DNA from: Alphaproteobacteria bacterium
GTDB taxonomy: Bacteria; Pseudomonadota; Alphaproteobacteria; Bin95
Length of the DNA: 64,000 nucleotides
NCBI GenBank assembly: GCA_964291285.2
Contig: OZ219788.1
Span: 672,001-736,000 of the forward strand
Direction of reading: 5' to 3'
Shown: positions 1 to 9,189 of the stretch, piece after piece
Layout: every line of letters begins with the position of its first letter
Numbering within the stretch: the stretch's first letter is position 1
Notes under the pieces: model-generated
Database searches by the model: none
Told to the model about the DNA's origin: nothing
What the model saw: the letters and a program-made list of their open reading frames with translations, nothing else
Program-made: the position numbers and the translations under genes

Positions 1-464
1 TGCTGGACGGCGGGGACGGCAACGACCGCCTGGAAGGCGGCGAGGGCGGTCTCGATGTGCTGGCCGGCGGCGCGGGCGACGACCGGCTGTTCGGCAACGG
101 CGGCAACGACCGTCTGGAGGGCGGCGAGGGCTCCGACCGTCTGCGTGGCGGCGAGGGCGCCGACGAGTTCCTGTTCCGCCGGGGCGACGGTGTGGATGTC
201 ATCACCGACTTCTCGGTCGAGGATAATGACACGATCATCTTCCTGGCGCAGACCGAGGCGCAGGCGATGGCCGGAAACGGGGAGAAGTTCCTTGATGTTT
301 CCGACCTGAAGATCGTCGACGACTACGATGCGGGCGGCGTCAGGATCACGTCGAAGAGGTTCGACAACGAGATCGTCCTCGAGGGCGTGACGTTCGAGCA
401 GCTGTCGGTCGACAGCTTCAGCTTCGTGACGGTGGACGATTACAAAGATCTCCTGATGGGCTGA
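1..464 (+). CDS. RTX/hemolysin-type calcium-binding protein, C-terminal part (5' end outside window)
   Basis: GGxGxD nonapeptide repeats followed by FLFRRGDGVDVITDF and a C-terminal T1SS-type domain; directly upstream of the T1SS ABC gene. Confidence 0.9.
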   Translation, partial: LDGGDGNDRLEGGEGGLDVLAGGAGDDRLFGNGGNDRLEGGEGSDRLRGGEGADEFLFRRGDGVDVITDFSVEDNDTIIFLAQTEAQAMAGNGEKFLDVSDLKIVDDYDAGGVRITSKRFDNEIVLEGVTFEQLSVDSFSFVTVDDYKDLLMG

Positions 465-471
465 GCCGACC

Positions 472-711
472 GGCCAGCCGGAAGACTGCGGCCGCTCCTC
501 GGCGAGGGGCGGCCGCAGCCGCGATTACCGCAATCAGGGCAGGGGGCAACCGGCGCCAACCGGTGTGCCGGCAGACCGCAAGCCCGGTGGACGGGCCGCC
601 AGGGCGATGCGGGAGCGGGCGGTTTCGTGCGGGCCATGTCCTTGTCGCGGGAGCCGTTTCTGTGGCATCTGCTTGCACGGGGCGCGCCGCTGCCGGGTAG
701 CCGGCGCGGGC
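472..711 (+). repeat. ~240-bp non-coding segment duplicated at 53339-53570, containing a GC hairpin (486-518)
   Basis: Near-identical to the sequence after the RTX stop at 53329; hairpin CTGCGGCCGCTCCTC-GGC-GAGGGGCGGCCGCAG with no U-tract. Confidence 0.85.
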
Positions 712-749
712 GGTGACACGCGGCGGTGCGGGGGGCAACTTTCATCATT

Positions 750-2540
750 ATGCACACCGGACGCCCTGAGCCCTCCTCGCGGTCGGGATTGCAGCCCCGG
801 GCGGCGCTTTTCCGTTATCGCGGCGCTCTGCTTGTGGTGGTGATGCTGAGCGCGGTGGTGAACCTGCTGATGCTCACCGGTCCGCTTTTCATGCTGCAGA
901 TCTACGACCGCGTCCTGACCAGCCGGTCGGAGGCGACGCTTGTGATGCTGCTTGCGATCGTGGTGTATCTGTATGGGTTGAAGGGCCTTCTCGACGGTCT
1001 TCGCGGGCGCATTCTGTCGCGGGTCGGGGCGGGGTTTCAGGATGCGCTTGACGAGCGGGTGTTCGATGCCGCCGGGCGGTCGGCGCGCGACCCGTCCCGG
1101 CGCGGCGATCCGGGGCAGGCGCTGCAGCATCTGGAGACGGTGCGCGCGTTTCTGGCGTCTCCGGCGCCCGGGGCGGTCATGGACCTGCCGTGGACGCCGT
1201 TCTTTGTAGCGGTCATCTTCATCTTCCACCCGCTTCTGGGCTGGCTTTCGGTTGCGGGCGGCGTGGTTCTGGTGGTGCTTGCGCTGGCGAACCGTTGGGC
1301 GACGCGCAAGCCGCAGGACCAGGCAGCCGCGCTCTCTGCGGAGGCGGCGCGGCGGGCCGAGGATGTCCGGCGCGAGCTGGAGACGGTGACGGGCCTCGGC
1401 ATGGCGGGGCCGCTCCGGTCGCGCTGGAAGGAGTTGCGCGGGGCGGCTCTGGACCGGTCGATGCGGGCGTCGGACGCGGGCGGCGGGTATACGGCGGCGA
1501 GCCGGGCGTTCCGTCTTCTGCTGCAGTCGGGGATGCTGGGTCTCGGCGCCTGGCTGGTTCTGAGGGGCGAGTTGACGGCGGGGGCGATGATTGCGGCGTC
1601 GATTTTGCTGGGCCGGGCGTTGCAGCCTCTGGAGCAGACGATCGCGCAGTCGGCACTGATCCAGCGGGCGCGGGCTGGCTGGCTGTCGGTGTCGCGGCTT
1701 CTGGCGGAGGTTCCGCCGGAGGTTTCGCCGATGGCGCTGCCGCGTCCTGCGGCGCGTCTTCTGGTGCGCGACCTGACGGTGCTGTCCCCGGCGCGCCGGG
1801 ATGTGCTGCTGCGGGGCGTGGCCTTCGACGTCATGCCGGGCGAGGCGGTGGCGGTTGTGGGTCCGAGCGGTGCGGGCAAGTCGACGCTTGCGAAGGCGGT
1901 TGCCGGTCTGTGGCCGCCGGCGCAGGGCGAGGTCCGGCTTGGCGGGGCGAAACTGTCGGCTTGGGGAGAGGCGCTGTGGCGGGAGCATCTGGGCTACCTG
2001 CCTCAGGATGTGGTCCTGTTTGCGGGCAGCGTGGCGGAGAACATATCGCGTTTCGCCCCCGGTGGGGGCGAGGAGGCGGTGGTGCGGGCGGCGAAGGCGG
2101 CCGGGGCGCATGAGATGATCCTGTCGCTGCCCGACGCATACGACACGATGCTCACGGGCGGCGGCGGCGGTGTGTCGGGCGGGCAGCGCCAGCGCATCGG
2201 GCTTGCGCGGGCGCTTTACGGCGATCCTGTGCTTCTGGTGCTGGACGAGCCGGACGCGGGCCTGGACGACGCCGGCACGCAGGCGCTGAACCATGCGATT
2301 GCCGGGGCGAAGGCGTCGGGGTGTGCGGTCGTAGTGGTGGCGCACCGCCGCGCGATGCTTGCCGAGTGCGCCCGGATCGCGGTGCTGGAGGACGGGCGGC
2401 TGCAGATGTTCGGTCCGGTCGCGGCGGTTATGGCGCGCCTTTCGGGGCCGCAGCCGCGGTTGGCCGTGGAGCGGGGGGAGGGGCCGCCGCGGGCGATCGA
2501 GGACGGCGGCAACCGGGAAGAGGCGGCGGGCGGTGACTGA
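750..2540 (+). CDS. prtD: Type I secretion ABC transporter permease/ATPase (PrtD/AprD family)
   Basis: MLQIYDRVL motif, TM region, Walker A GPSGAGKS, VSGGQRQRIGLARALYG, LVLDEP; start at 726 (GTG) or 750 (ATG). Confidence 0.93.
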   Translation: MHTGRPEPSSRSGLQPRAALFRYRGALLVVVMLSAVVNLLMLTGPLFMLQIYDRVLTSRSEATLVMLLAIVVYLYGLKGLLDGLRGRILSRVGAGFQDALDERVFDAAGRSARDPSRRGDPGQALQHLETVRAFLASPAPGAVMDLPWTPFFVAVIFIFHPLLGWLSVAGGVVLVVLALANRWATRKPQDQAAALSAEAARRAEDVRRELETVTGLGMAGPLRSRWKELRGAALDRSMRASDAGGGYTAASRAFRLLLQSGMLGLGAWLVLRGELTAGAMIAASILLGRALQPLEQTIAQSALIQRARAGWLSVSRLLAEVPPEVSPMALPRPAARLLVRDLTVLSPARRDVLLRGVAFDVMPGEAVAVVGPSGAGKSTLAKAVAGLWPPAQGEVRLGGAKLSAWGEALWREHLGYLPQDVVLFAGSVAENISRFAPGGGEEAVVRAAKAAGAHEMILSLPDAYDTMLTGGGGGVSGGQRQRIGLARALYGDPVLLVLDEPDAGLDDAGTQALNHAIAGAKASGCAVVVVAHRRAMLAECARIAVLEDGRLQMFGPVAAVMARLSGPQPRLAVERGEGPPRAIEDGGNREEAAGGD

Positions 2541-4101
2541 GGCGGGGCGCCGGGTCTGGCCGGTGGGCGGTCCGGTTCGGTTTGGGCTGGTAATGCTTGG
2601 CGCGGGGTTTGCGGGCGCGCTGGCGTGGGCCTCGGTGGCGGAGATTCACGGTGCGGTGATCGCGTCGGGCAGCATGGAGCTGGAATCGCGGCGCCAGGCG
2701 ATCCAGCATCCGGACGGAGGGATCGTGGCGGCGTTGCCGGTGCGCGACGGGTCGCGTGTCGAGGCGGGGGCGGCGATCCTGGAGCTCGACGCCACCGGGC
2801 TTGCGGCGGAGCGGGCGATTCTGGTGCGTCAGTTGCAGGAGGTGCGGGCGCGCATCGACCGTCTTGCCTCGGAGGCCCGGTCCGGTGACGGGGTCTCGTT
2901 CCGGGACGCGGCGGCAGCCGAAGGGAACCCGGTGCTGGCGGCTTTGCTGGCCGGCGAGCGGCGGCTGTTCGAGAACGGGCGCGAGTCGCTGATGCAGACG
3001 GTTGCGCAGATCGGCGAGCGCAAGGCGCAGACCGCGGCCTTCATCGAAGCGCTGCGGCTGCAGACGGAGGCCGTGCGGGACCAGCTGGCCCTGGTCGGGG
3101 CGGAGGTCCGCGACAAGCAGGGGCTGCTCGAGAAGGACTTGGTTCGCAAGCCGGAGGTATCGCGGCTGCTCCGGGAGGAGGCGCGTCTCAGGGGCGTGCT
3201 CGGAGAACTGGAGGCGGAGACCGCGCGGGGCCGGAGCGCGCTGGCCTCCCACGAGATCGAGCGGCTGCGCCTGCTGGCGGAGCGCCGCGAGCAGGCGCAG
3301 GGCGAGATGCGCACGCTGCAGCCGCGCGAGGCGGAACTCGCCGAGCGCCTCCGGGTGGTGGAGACCCGCCTGTCGCGGCTCGTGCTGCGGGCGCCGATGG
3401 CGGGCGTGGTGCACGGGCTTCGGGTGTTCACCGTGGGCGGGGTGATCCCGGCGGGGACGGAGGTGGCGGCAATCGTGCCGGAAGGGGTGCCGCTGGCGCC
3501 CAGGGTCCGGGTCGAGGCGGCCCGGATCGACGAGGTCCGGGCCGGGCAGGAGGTGACGGTGGTCTTCCCCGCCTTCAATCTCCGCAGCGCGCCGGAGTTC
3601 ACCGGGCGGGTGCGCACGGTGTCGGCCGACGCGCTGGTCGACGAGGCCAGCGGCGCCCGCTACTACACTGCGGAGATCGTCCTGGACGAGGACTCCGAAG
3701 CCGCGGCCCGGGCGCGCGGCATCGTGCCCGGCATGCCGGTCGAGGCCTTCATCCGGACCCGCGCCCGCACGCCCCTCGCCTTCCTGCTCGACCCCTTCAT
3801 CGACTATGTCCGGCACGCCTTCCGCGAGGAGTTAAGCGCCCGGGAGAAGGGGGGCAATGCACGCCGGGACGGGGACGGCGCCGTCAGGCCGCGCACCGCC
3901 TTGCGGGCAGGAGACCGCCGCACGCCGTTCATGACCGGCTTGGCCGGCCATGATACGGCGGACACCACCGGGGCCGGCCTCGCGGCGCACCCGATACCGG
4001 AGCGGGAGGCCCGGAACGCGTGGCTTCGGGCGAATGCGGGAACAGGCCGGCTCTCGAGCATGCAGGATGCGGAACGCTGTTCCGGCAGCTTGCCGCGATA
4101 A
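2533..4101 (+). CDS. prtE: HlyD-family type I secretion membrane fusion protein (PrtE/AprE-like) with apparent C-terminal read-through
   Basis: IQHPDGGIV, LRAPMAGVV and PGMPVEAFI motifs; GTG overlaps the prtD stop; the family normally ends at AFREE (~3831). Confidence 0.88.
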   Translation: MTEAGRRVWPVGGPVRFGLVMLGAGFAGALAWASVAEIHGAVIASGSMELESRRQAIQHPDGGIVAALPVRDGSRVEAGAAILELDATGLAAERAILVRQLQEVRARIDRLASEARSGDGVSFRDAAAAEGNPVLAALLAGERRLFENGRESLMQTVAQIGERKAQTAAFIEALRLQTEAVRDQLALVGAEVRDKQGLLEKDLVRKPEVSRLLREEARLRGVLGELEAETARGRSALASHEIERLRLLAERREQAQGEMRTLQPREAELAERLRVVETRLSRLVLRAPMAGVVHGLRVFTVGGVIPAGTEVAAIVPEGVPLAPRVRVEAARIDEVRAGQEVTVVFPAFNLRSAPEFTGRVRTVSADALVDEASGARYYTAEIVLDEDSEAAARARGIVPGMPVEAFIRTRARTPLAFLLDPFIDYVRHAFREELSAREKGGNARRDGDGAVRPRTALRAGDRRTPFMTGLAGHDTADTTGAGLAAHPIPEREARNAWLRANAGTGRLSSMQDAERCSGSLPR

Positions 4102-4127
4102 AAGTCGCGGCCATGTCCTTCACCCGT

Positions 4128-4244
4128 TTGATGACGCCCCATGGGGCGGATCTTTGGCCGGTCCGTTGCAGGCAATGGCCCGGCCGGATACTCATACTCA
4201 CATCCTTGTGACCGCCGGAACATTGCCCCGGCCGCGGTTATGGG
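4128..4244 (+). repeat. Left copy of a ~115-bp inverted repeat flanking the RTX gene
   Basis: Reverse complement of 6744-6860, about 90% identical by eye. Confidence 0.9.
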
Positions 4245-4329
4245 AGAGGATTGCTGCACTGAACACCATCGACGCCTCCAAGCGAATATCGAGACGGACG
4301 GAAAATCACACTTCAATCTTACTGGCGCG

Positions 4330-6591
4330 TCAGCCGACGAAGTCGAAATCGGCCTCGGTCAGTTGCGACGCCTGGATCCCCACCACGGTAACAGTCCCCA
4401 GGGACCAGGTGATGACCGCGCCGCTGTCGGACTGCCGGATCACGAGGTCGTCGAAGTCGAGCTCCGAGTCTTCCGTGTAGAAGTCGATGCGGTCTATTCC
4501 GTCCTCAAAGCCGACGATCTTGTCGTCGCCGCCCTTCGCGAATCCGAACGAGTCGTAGCCCGGGCGGCCCCGGAGCGTGTCGTCGCCCTTGCTGTCGTCG
4601 AGTGCCCAGTCGGGCAGGCCGACGAAGTGAAAATCGGCCTCGGTCAGTTGCGAAGTCTGGATCCCCTCCAGGGTGATGGTCCCCAAGGACCAGTTGATGG
4701 CAGCGCCGCTGTCGGACTGCCAGATCTCAAGGTCCTCGAAGCCGAGTTCCCCGTCGATCGAGTGGAAGTCGAGGCGGTCCGTTCCGTCCTCGAAGTCAAG
4801 GATCGTATCGTCGCTGCCATCGTTGAATCCCCACTGGCTCCAGTAGCCCTTCTCGAAGAAACCGAATCGGTCGGCGCCCTCCCCGCCCCGGAGCGTGTCA
4901 ACCCCCAAACCACCCGAGAGGAAATCGTTGCCCTTGCCGCCTTCCAGCGTGTCATCGCCGTTACGACCGGTCAGAAAGTCGTGGCCTTCGCCACCCCAGA
5001 GCTCATCGTTGCCCGAATTGCCGCGGAGGAGGTCGTTACCCCCGCCGCCATAGATTATGTCATCGCCTTTTCGACCGTAGAGCTTGTCGTCACCCGAGTT
5101 GCCGTAGATCGTGTCGTCGCACGCGGTGCCAAAGAGCCAATCGCGGTCCGCGCTGCCACGAATGGTCACGCCGCAGGCCTCAACGTCTGGCGAATCATCG
5201 CCCGAAGTGCCCGGGATCGTGTCCGTGTCCTCGCCGCCATCGTTGCCGGCATTCGGGTCGCCGCCGTCGTTGTCGTCGTCGCTCGTACTGGCGCCGTAAG
5301 CGGCCTTTTCGTCGCCTCCACCGCCAGCAGGCAGGATGAAGTCGTCCGCGCCAAGGGAGGCCGCCGACACGCCCGACAGCCTGATCGTGTCGCCGCCGCC
5401 GCCGTAGCGAATGACGGTATCGGCGCCGTCCTGCTCGATGACCAGCGCCGTGAACCCGCCGGATATGCCGTCGAGGCGAATCCTGTCGCCGGCCCCGAAG
5501 TCGGTAATGATGTCGGCGCCGTCTCCCGCCTCGAACACGAAGGTATCGGCGCCGCGGCCGCCCCCCAGCGTGTCGTCGCCCGCCCCGCCGGTCAGCGTGT
5601 CGGCACCCCTGGCGCCACGCAGGGTGTCACCGCCATCGCCGCCGTCCAGCGTGTCGTCGCCCTTGCCGCCCCCCAGCGTATCGTCGCCGGCCCCGCCGGT
5701 GAGCGTGTCGTCGCCCATGCCGCCCATCAGCGTGTCGTCGCCCGCGCCGCCGGTGAGTGCGTCGCCACCCATGCCGCCACGCAGGGTGTCGTCGCCATCA
5801 CCACCTGCCAGCGTGTCCGCGCCCTTGCCGCCCGTGAGCACCGTCCCGCCGGCGGACCCGCCGCTCAAGTCATCATCGTCGCTGTCGCCGTCATCGTTGC
5901 CGTCCGGCGGCGCACCCTGTGCAGGAGCGTCCTCGCCGCCGCCCTCCGGCGGGGCTGCCTCGACGGGAAGGAACCGGAAGTCGTCCGCGCCAAGGGAGGC
6001 CGCCGTCACGCCCTCCAGCTTGATCGTGTCGCCGTCGCCGTAGCTGATGACGGTATTGAAGCCCTTCTGCTCGATCACAAGATCCCCGAAACCGCCCGGC
6101 ACCCCGGCAATCTCGATGATGTCGCCAGCCTCGAAATCGCCGATGTAATCGGCCCCGTCGCCGACCGCGAACGCAAAGACGTCATGGCCACTGCCGCCAT
6201 AGAGCGAGTCAGCGCCCCGGCCGCCGGTCAGCCTGTCAGCGCCCCGGCCGCCTTCCAGACGGTCGTTGCCCGCACCGCCATCCACCGTGTCGTCCCCGTC
6301 GCCGCCATACAGCGTGTCGTTGCCCGTGCCGCCGTCCAGCGTGTCATCGCCCGCGCCGCCGTCCAGCACATCGTTCCCCGCGCCGCCGTCCAGCGTGTCA
6401 TCGTCCGAGCTGCCGGGGTTCATGAGGAGAAAGTCCGCGTCGGCTCCCGCGCTTGCGGTTCCGCCGGTCAGCGTGTCGTCGCCGTCGCCGCCCGTCAGGA
6501 TGTCGTCGCCGAGGCCGCCCTTCAGGATGTCATTGCCGACGCCCCCCGTCAGGGTGTCGTCGCCAGCGCCGCCGGTCCGCTCGATAGCCAT
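4330..6591 (-). CDS. RTX calcium-binding repeat protein (family A, 753 aa)
   Basis: Many GGxGxD repeats, acidic linkers, two tandem C-terminal FEDG..QLTEADF domains; GGAGG RBS upstream. Confidence 0.92.
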   Translation of the reverse strand: MAIERTGGAGDDTLTGGVGNDILKGGLGDDILTGGDGDDTLTGGTASAGADADFLLMNPGSSDDDTLDGGAGNDVLDGGAGDDTLDGGTGNDTLYGGDGDDTVDGGAGNDRLEGGRGADRLTGGRGADSLYGGSGHDVFAFAVGDGADYIGDFEAGDIIEIAGVPGGFGDLVIEQKGFNTVISYGDGDTIKLEGVTAASLGADDFRFLPVEAAPPEGGGEDAPAQGAPPDGNDDGDSDDDDLSGGSAGGTVLTGGKGADTLAGGDGDDTLRGGMGGDALTGGAGDDTLMGGMGDDTLTGGAGDDTLGGGKGDDTLDGGDGGDTLRGARGADTLTGGAGDDTLGGGRGADTFVFEAGDGADIITDFGAGDRIRLDGISGGFTALVIEQDGADTVIRYGGGGDTIRLSGVSAASLGADDFILPAGGGGDEKAAYGASTSDDDNDGGDPNAGNDGGEDTDTIPGTSGDDSPDVEACGVTIRGSADRDWLFGTACDDTIYGNSGDDKLYGRKGDDIIYGGGGNDLLRGNSGNDELWGGEGHDFLTGRNGDDTLEGGKGNDFLSGGLGVDTLRGGEGADRFGFFEKGYWSQWGFNDGSDDTILDFEDGTDRLDFHSIDGELGFEDLEIWQSDSGAAINWSLGTITLEGIQTSQLTEADFHFVGLPDWALDDSKGDDTLRGRPGYDSFGFAKGGDDKIVGFEDGIDRIDFYTEDSELDFDDLVIRQSDSGAVITWSLGTVTVVGIQASQLTEADFDFVG

Positions 6592-6624
6592 GATAAAATC
6601 CTCCCGATCCTGTTACGGACGCAA

Positions 6625-6648
6625 AGTCTACCCCCCCCCACCGTCAAG
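6625..6648 (-). promoter_or_regulatory. Putative sigma70 promoter TTGACG-GT(G)9-TAGACT with poly-G spacer
   Basis: Near-consensus -35 and -10 boxes flank a G9 tract upstream of the RTX ATG; the paralog has G13. Confidence 0.6.
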
Positions 6649-6743
6649 CAAGTCCGAGAAGCTTGCGCTCATGGCGCCTGTTCGGCCGCAGGGGATGGGG
6701 CTCCATGGCAGGGCATGATATGCGTCTCGAGCCGATAGGCTGT

Positions 6744-6860
6744 TCCATGCCGGCAGCCGGGGCAATGCTCCGCCGGTCGCAAGGATGTGAGTATGAGTAT
6801 CCGGCCGGGCCATTGCCTGCAACGGACCGGCCAACAACCCGCCCCATGGGGCATCATCAA
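6744..6860 (-). repeat. Right copy of the ~115-bp inverted repeat
   Basis: Reverse complement of 4128-4244. Confidence 0.9.
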
Positions 6861-6921
6861 CAGTCTCTGGAGACCTGACGCGCCGCATGGGGTATTCCCG
6901 AACCATGGAATTGGCGGGTCG

Positions 6922-7968
6922 ATGATGAAAATGCGGGAATGCCTTGCGCGGCTTCTTCGGCGCCCTTGCCGCGCTGGCTGGCTGCCGGCGGTTTGCGCCG
7001 CCCTGGCGGGAGCGGGCGCGCAGGCGGCGGACCCGCCGGGCCTCCTCTTTCCGGTGCGCTGCGAGATCGGGCGGGACTGCCGGTTCTTCGCTTACATGGA
7101 CCTCCAGTCCGGGCCCGCCTACCGGGACTACCGCTGCGGGCTCAGGACCTATGAGGGGCACAAGGGGACGGATATCGCGCCCGTCGATCCGGGCGCGCGG
7201 CTGCCTGTCGTCGCAGCGGCCGACGGCGTGGTGCTGAGATGGCGCGACGGAATGGAGGACAGCCCGGCGAGGGGGTTCGACCCGAGCCGGGAAGGCAGGG
7301 AATGCGGCAACGGCGTGCGCCTGGACCACGGTGGCGGCTGGACGACCCAATACTGCCATCTGCAGCGCGGGAGCGTCACGGTGCGCAAGGGCGCGTGGGT
7401 CTCGGCGGGAGACCTGCTGGGGCGGACGGGAAGCTCCGGCCACTCGGAGCTTCCGCATCTGCATTTCCAGGTCGAGAGGAACGGCCGGCCGGTCGATCCC
7501 TTCGCCGGCGCGCAGTCCGCCGACCCGCCGCGCTGCGCGGCGTCGGCCTCCGGCCGGACGGGAACGGCACTGTGGCGGGCCTCCGACTATCCGGCGCGCT
7601 ACACGCCGACGATTGTCCATCGCGCCGGCCTGGCGGCGGAGGTTCCCGAGACGGACCGGGCGGTGCATGGCGGCTATCCGCAGGCCGCTTCGGCGACTGC
7701 GGCGGCGCTCGTCGGATACACGGTCCTGCTGGGCGCGTTTTCGGGCACATTGATCGAGACCGTCATTTCCGGCCCGGACGGCCGCATCCTGTTCCGCAAC
7801 CGGCATTCGATCGACGAGGACCGGGCGCGCTATTTCTCCTATGCCGGCAAGCGCCGAAAGTCCGCGAGTTGGGAGCCGGGCGTCTACCGCGCGGAGTTCA
7901 TCGTCTCCGGAGAGTCGCCGGCAGGACCCTTCCGGATCGGGCGCAGGGCGGAGGTCACACTGCGATAG
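6922..7968 (+). CDS. M23-family metallopeptidase, exported
   Basis: HKGTD (HxxxD), CGNGV, TQYCHL and PHLHF motifs; signal peptide ending AQA; exact start uncertain. Confidence 0.88.
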   Translation: MMKMRECLARLLRRPCRAGWLPAVCAALAGAGAQAADPPGLLFPVRCEIGRDCRFFAYMDLQSGPAYRDYRCGLRTYEGHKGTDIAPVDPGARLPVVAAADGVVLRWRDGMEDSPARGFDPSREGRECGNGVRLDHGGGWTTQYCHLQRGSVTVRKGAWVSAGDLLGRTGSSGHSELPHLHFQVERNGRPVDPFAGAQSADPPRCAASASGRTGTALWRASDYPARYTPTIVHRAGLAAEVPETDRAVHGGYPQAASATAAALVGYTVLLGAFSGTLIETVISGPDGRILFRNRHSIDEDRARYFSYAGKRRKSASWEPGVYRAEFIVSGESPAGPFRIGRRAEVTLR

Positions 7969-8109
7969 GCGGGGATCGGGGCCGTCTTCCCTCTCGACCC
8001 GGCCGGCCAGGACGTCACGCGCGCAGACGCGGATGTTGATCAAGCCGGTCAGCCCGCTTTTCCGCTTGACATGCGCCCGCGGCTGCCGGCAGCAAAGGCG
8101 GAAGCCTTG

Positions 8110-9038
8110 ATGAAAGAGGCGGCAGCGGAGGAGTTTCGCGGCATGTCCGGAACCGGATCGCCATACCTGTTTTGCCGGCGGAAGGCCCGAATATCCGGTC
8201 CTTCCGGGGCTGTTGCGGCAGCCCTCCTGCTGACTTTGGGCGCCTGCTCCGGTTCCGATTTCAAGAAATTGGGCGGCGACTTCGGCGATCATGTCGCCAG
8301 GGAGGTGTTCGGCGTCGATCCGTCCGGGCCGGAGGGTCCGGAGGAGCAAAAGGCACGTGCCCGGGACTTTGCCCGGCGCGCGGATGCCCTCGTCGCGACC
8401 GGCGCCCATGCCGGAAGCAGTCCTGTCGCGACGCCCACATGCGCCCGGGCCGGCTGCCTGTGGACCGGTGAGGGCGCGTCCCCGGCCCGGACGATCTCCG
8501 ACCTGTTCCCGGCGGATATTTCAGGCGTCGCCAGGGGCGCCGCCCGCAACGGTGCAACCGACTTCCAATACCGCGGTCCGGCGACCGGAGAACCTACGGC
8601 TACTGGATGACGCACAGCGTGTTCGGCGTGGCCGAAGAACCCGGGCAGCCGATGACGCGCTTCGGGTTTGCGGGCGGAGACCTGACAGGGGCGCGACCGC
8701 CGGCCAGCGCGACATGGACCGGGCGCATGGTCGGGACGGCAGTCGAGGAAGCCGCGGCCGGAACCCGCCTGGCCGGGGACGCGACTCTCTCCTGGAGCGC
8801 TGCGGCCGTCACGATCGACGTGGCGATCGGCAACATCCGGGACAATGCGAACGGCAATGCCTGGCCCGTCGACGCCGTCAGCTTCGACGACGTTCCGGTC
8901 GGCGCGGACGGCACATTCGGTTCCGGAGCCTCGGGGGATATCATCCGGGGCGGCTTCCACGGCCCTAACCATGCCGAAGCAGCGGGCGCCTTCGAGAAAC
9001 GTGGCATCGTCGGCGGTTTCGGCGCCAGACGAGAGTGA
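8110..9038 (+). pseudogene. Frameshifted surface lipoprotein with a transferrin-binding-protein-like C-terminal beta-barrel
   Basis: Lipobox LTLGAC in the 8071 frame; the downstream frame reads TYGYWMTHSVF...GGFHGPNHAEAAGAFEKRGIVGGFGARR; shift near 8580. Confidence 0.65.
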
Positions 9039-9189
9039 CTTGCCTCCGTCAACCGGTCCGGGGTGAATGTCATACCAAGCGCGGTTCGAATTGACTCATT
9101 GTTCCAACATGTTGTGTTGAGGTGAGGTGTTGAGGTGAGGTGCCGGACAACGTTGATAGAGTGATGTCAGGCAGTCTTGGGGTTGGAGG

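Noticed and set aside
4141-6738. Long ORFs antisense to RTX and other genes (e.g. 4141-6738, 12390-14810, 51236-54193, 54329-57121)
   Set aside because: Shadow frames of high-GC coding DNA with no recognisable motifs.
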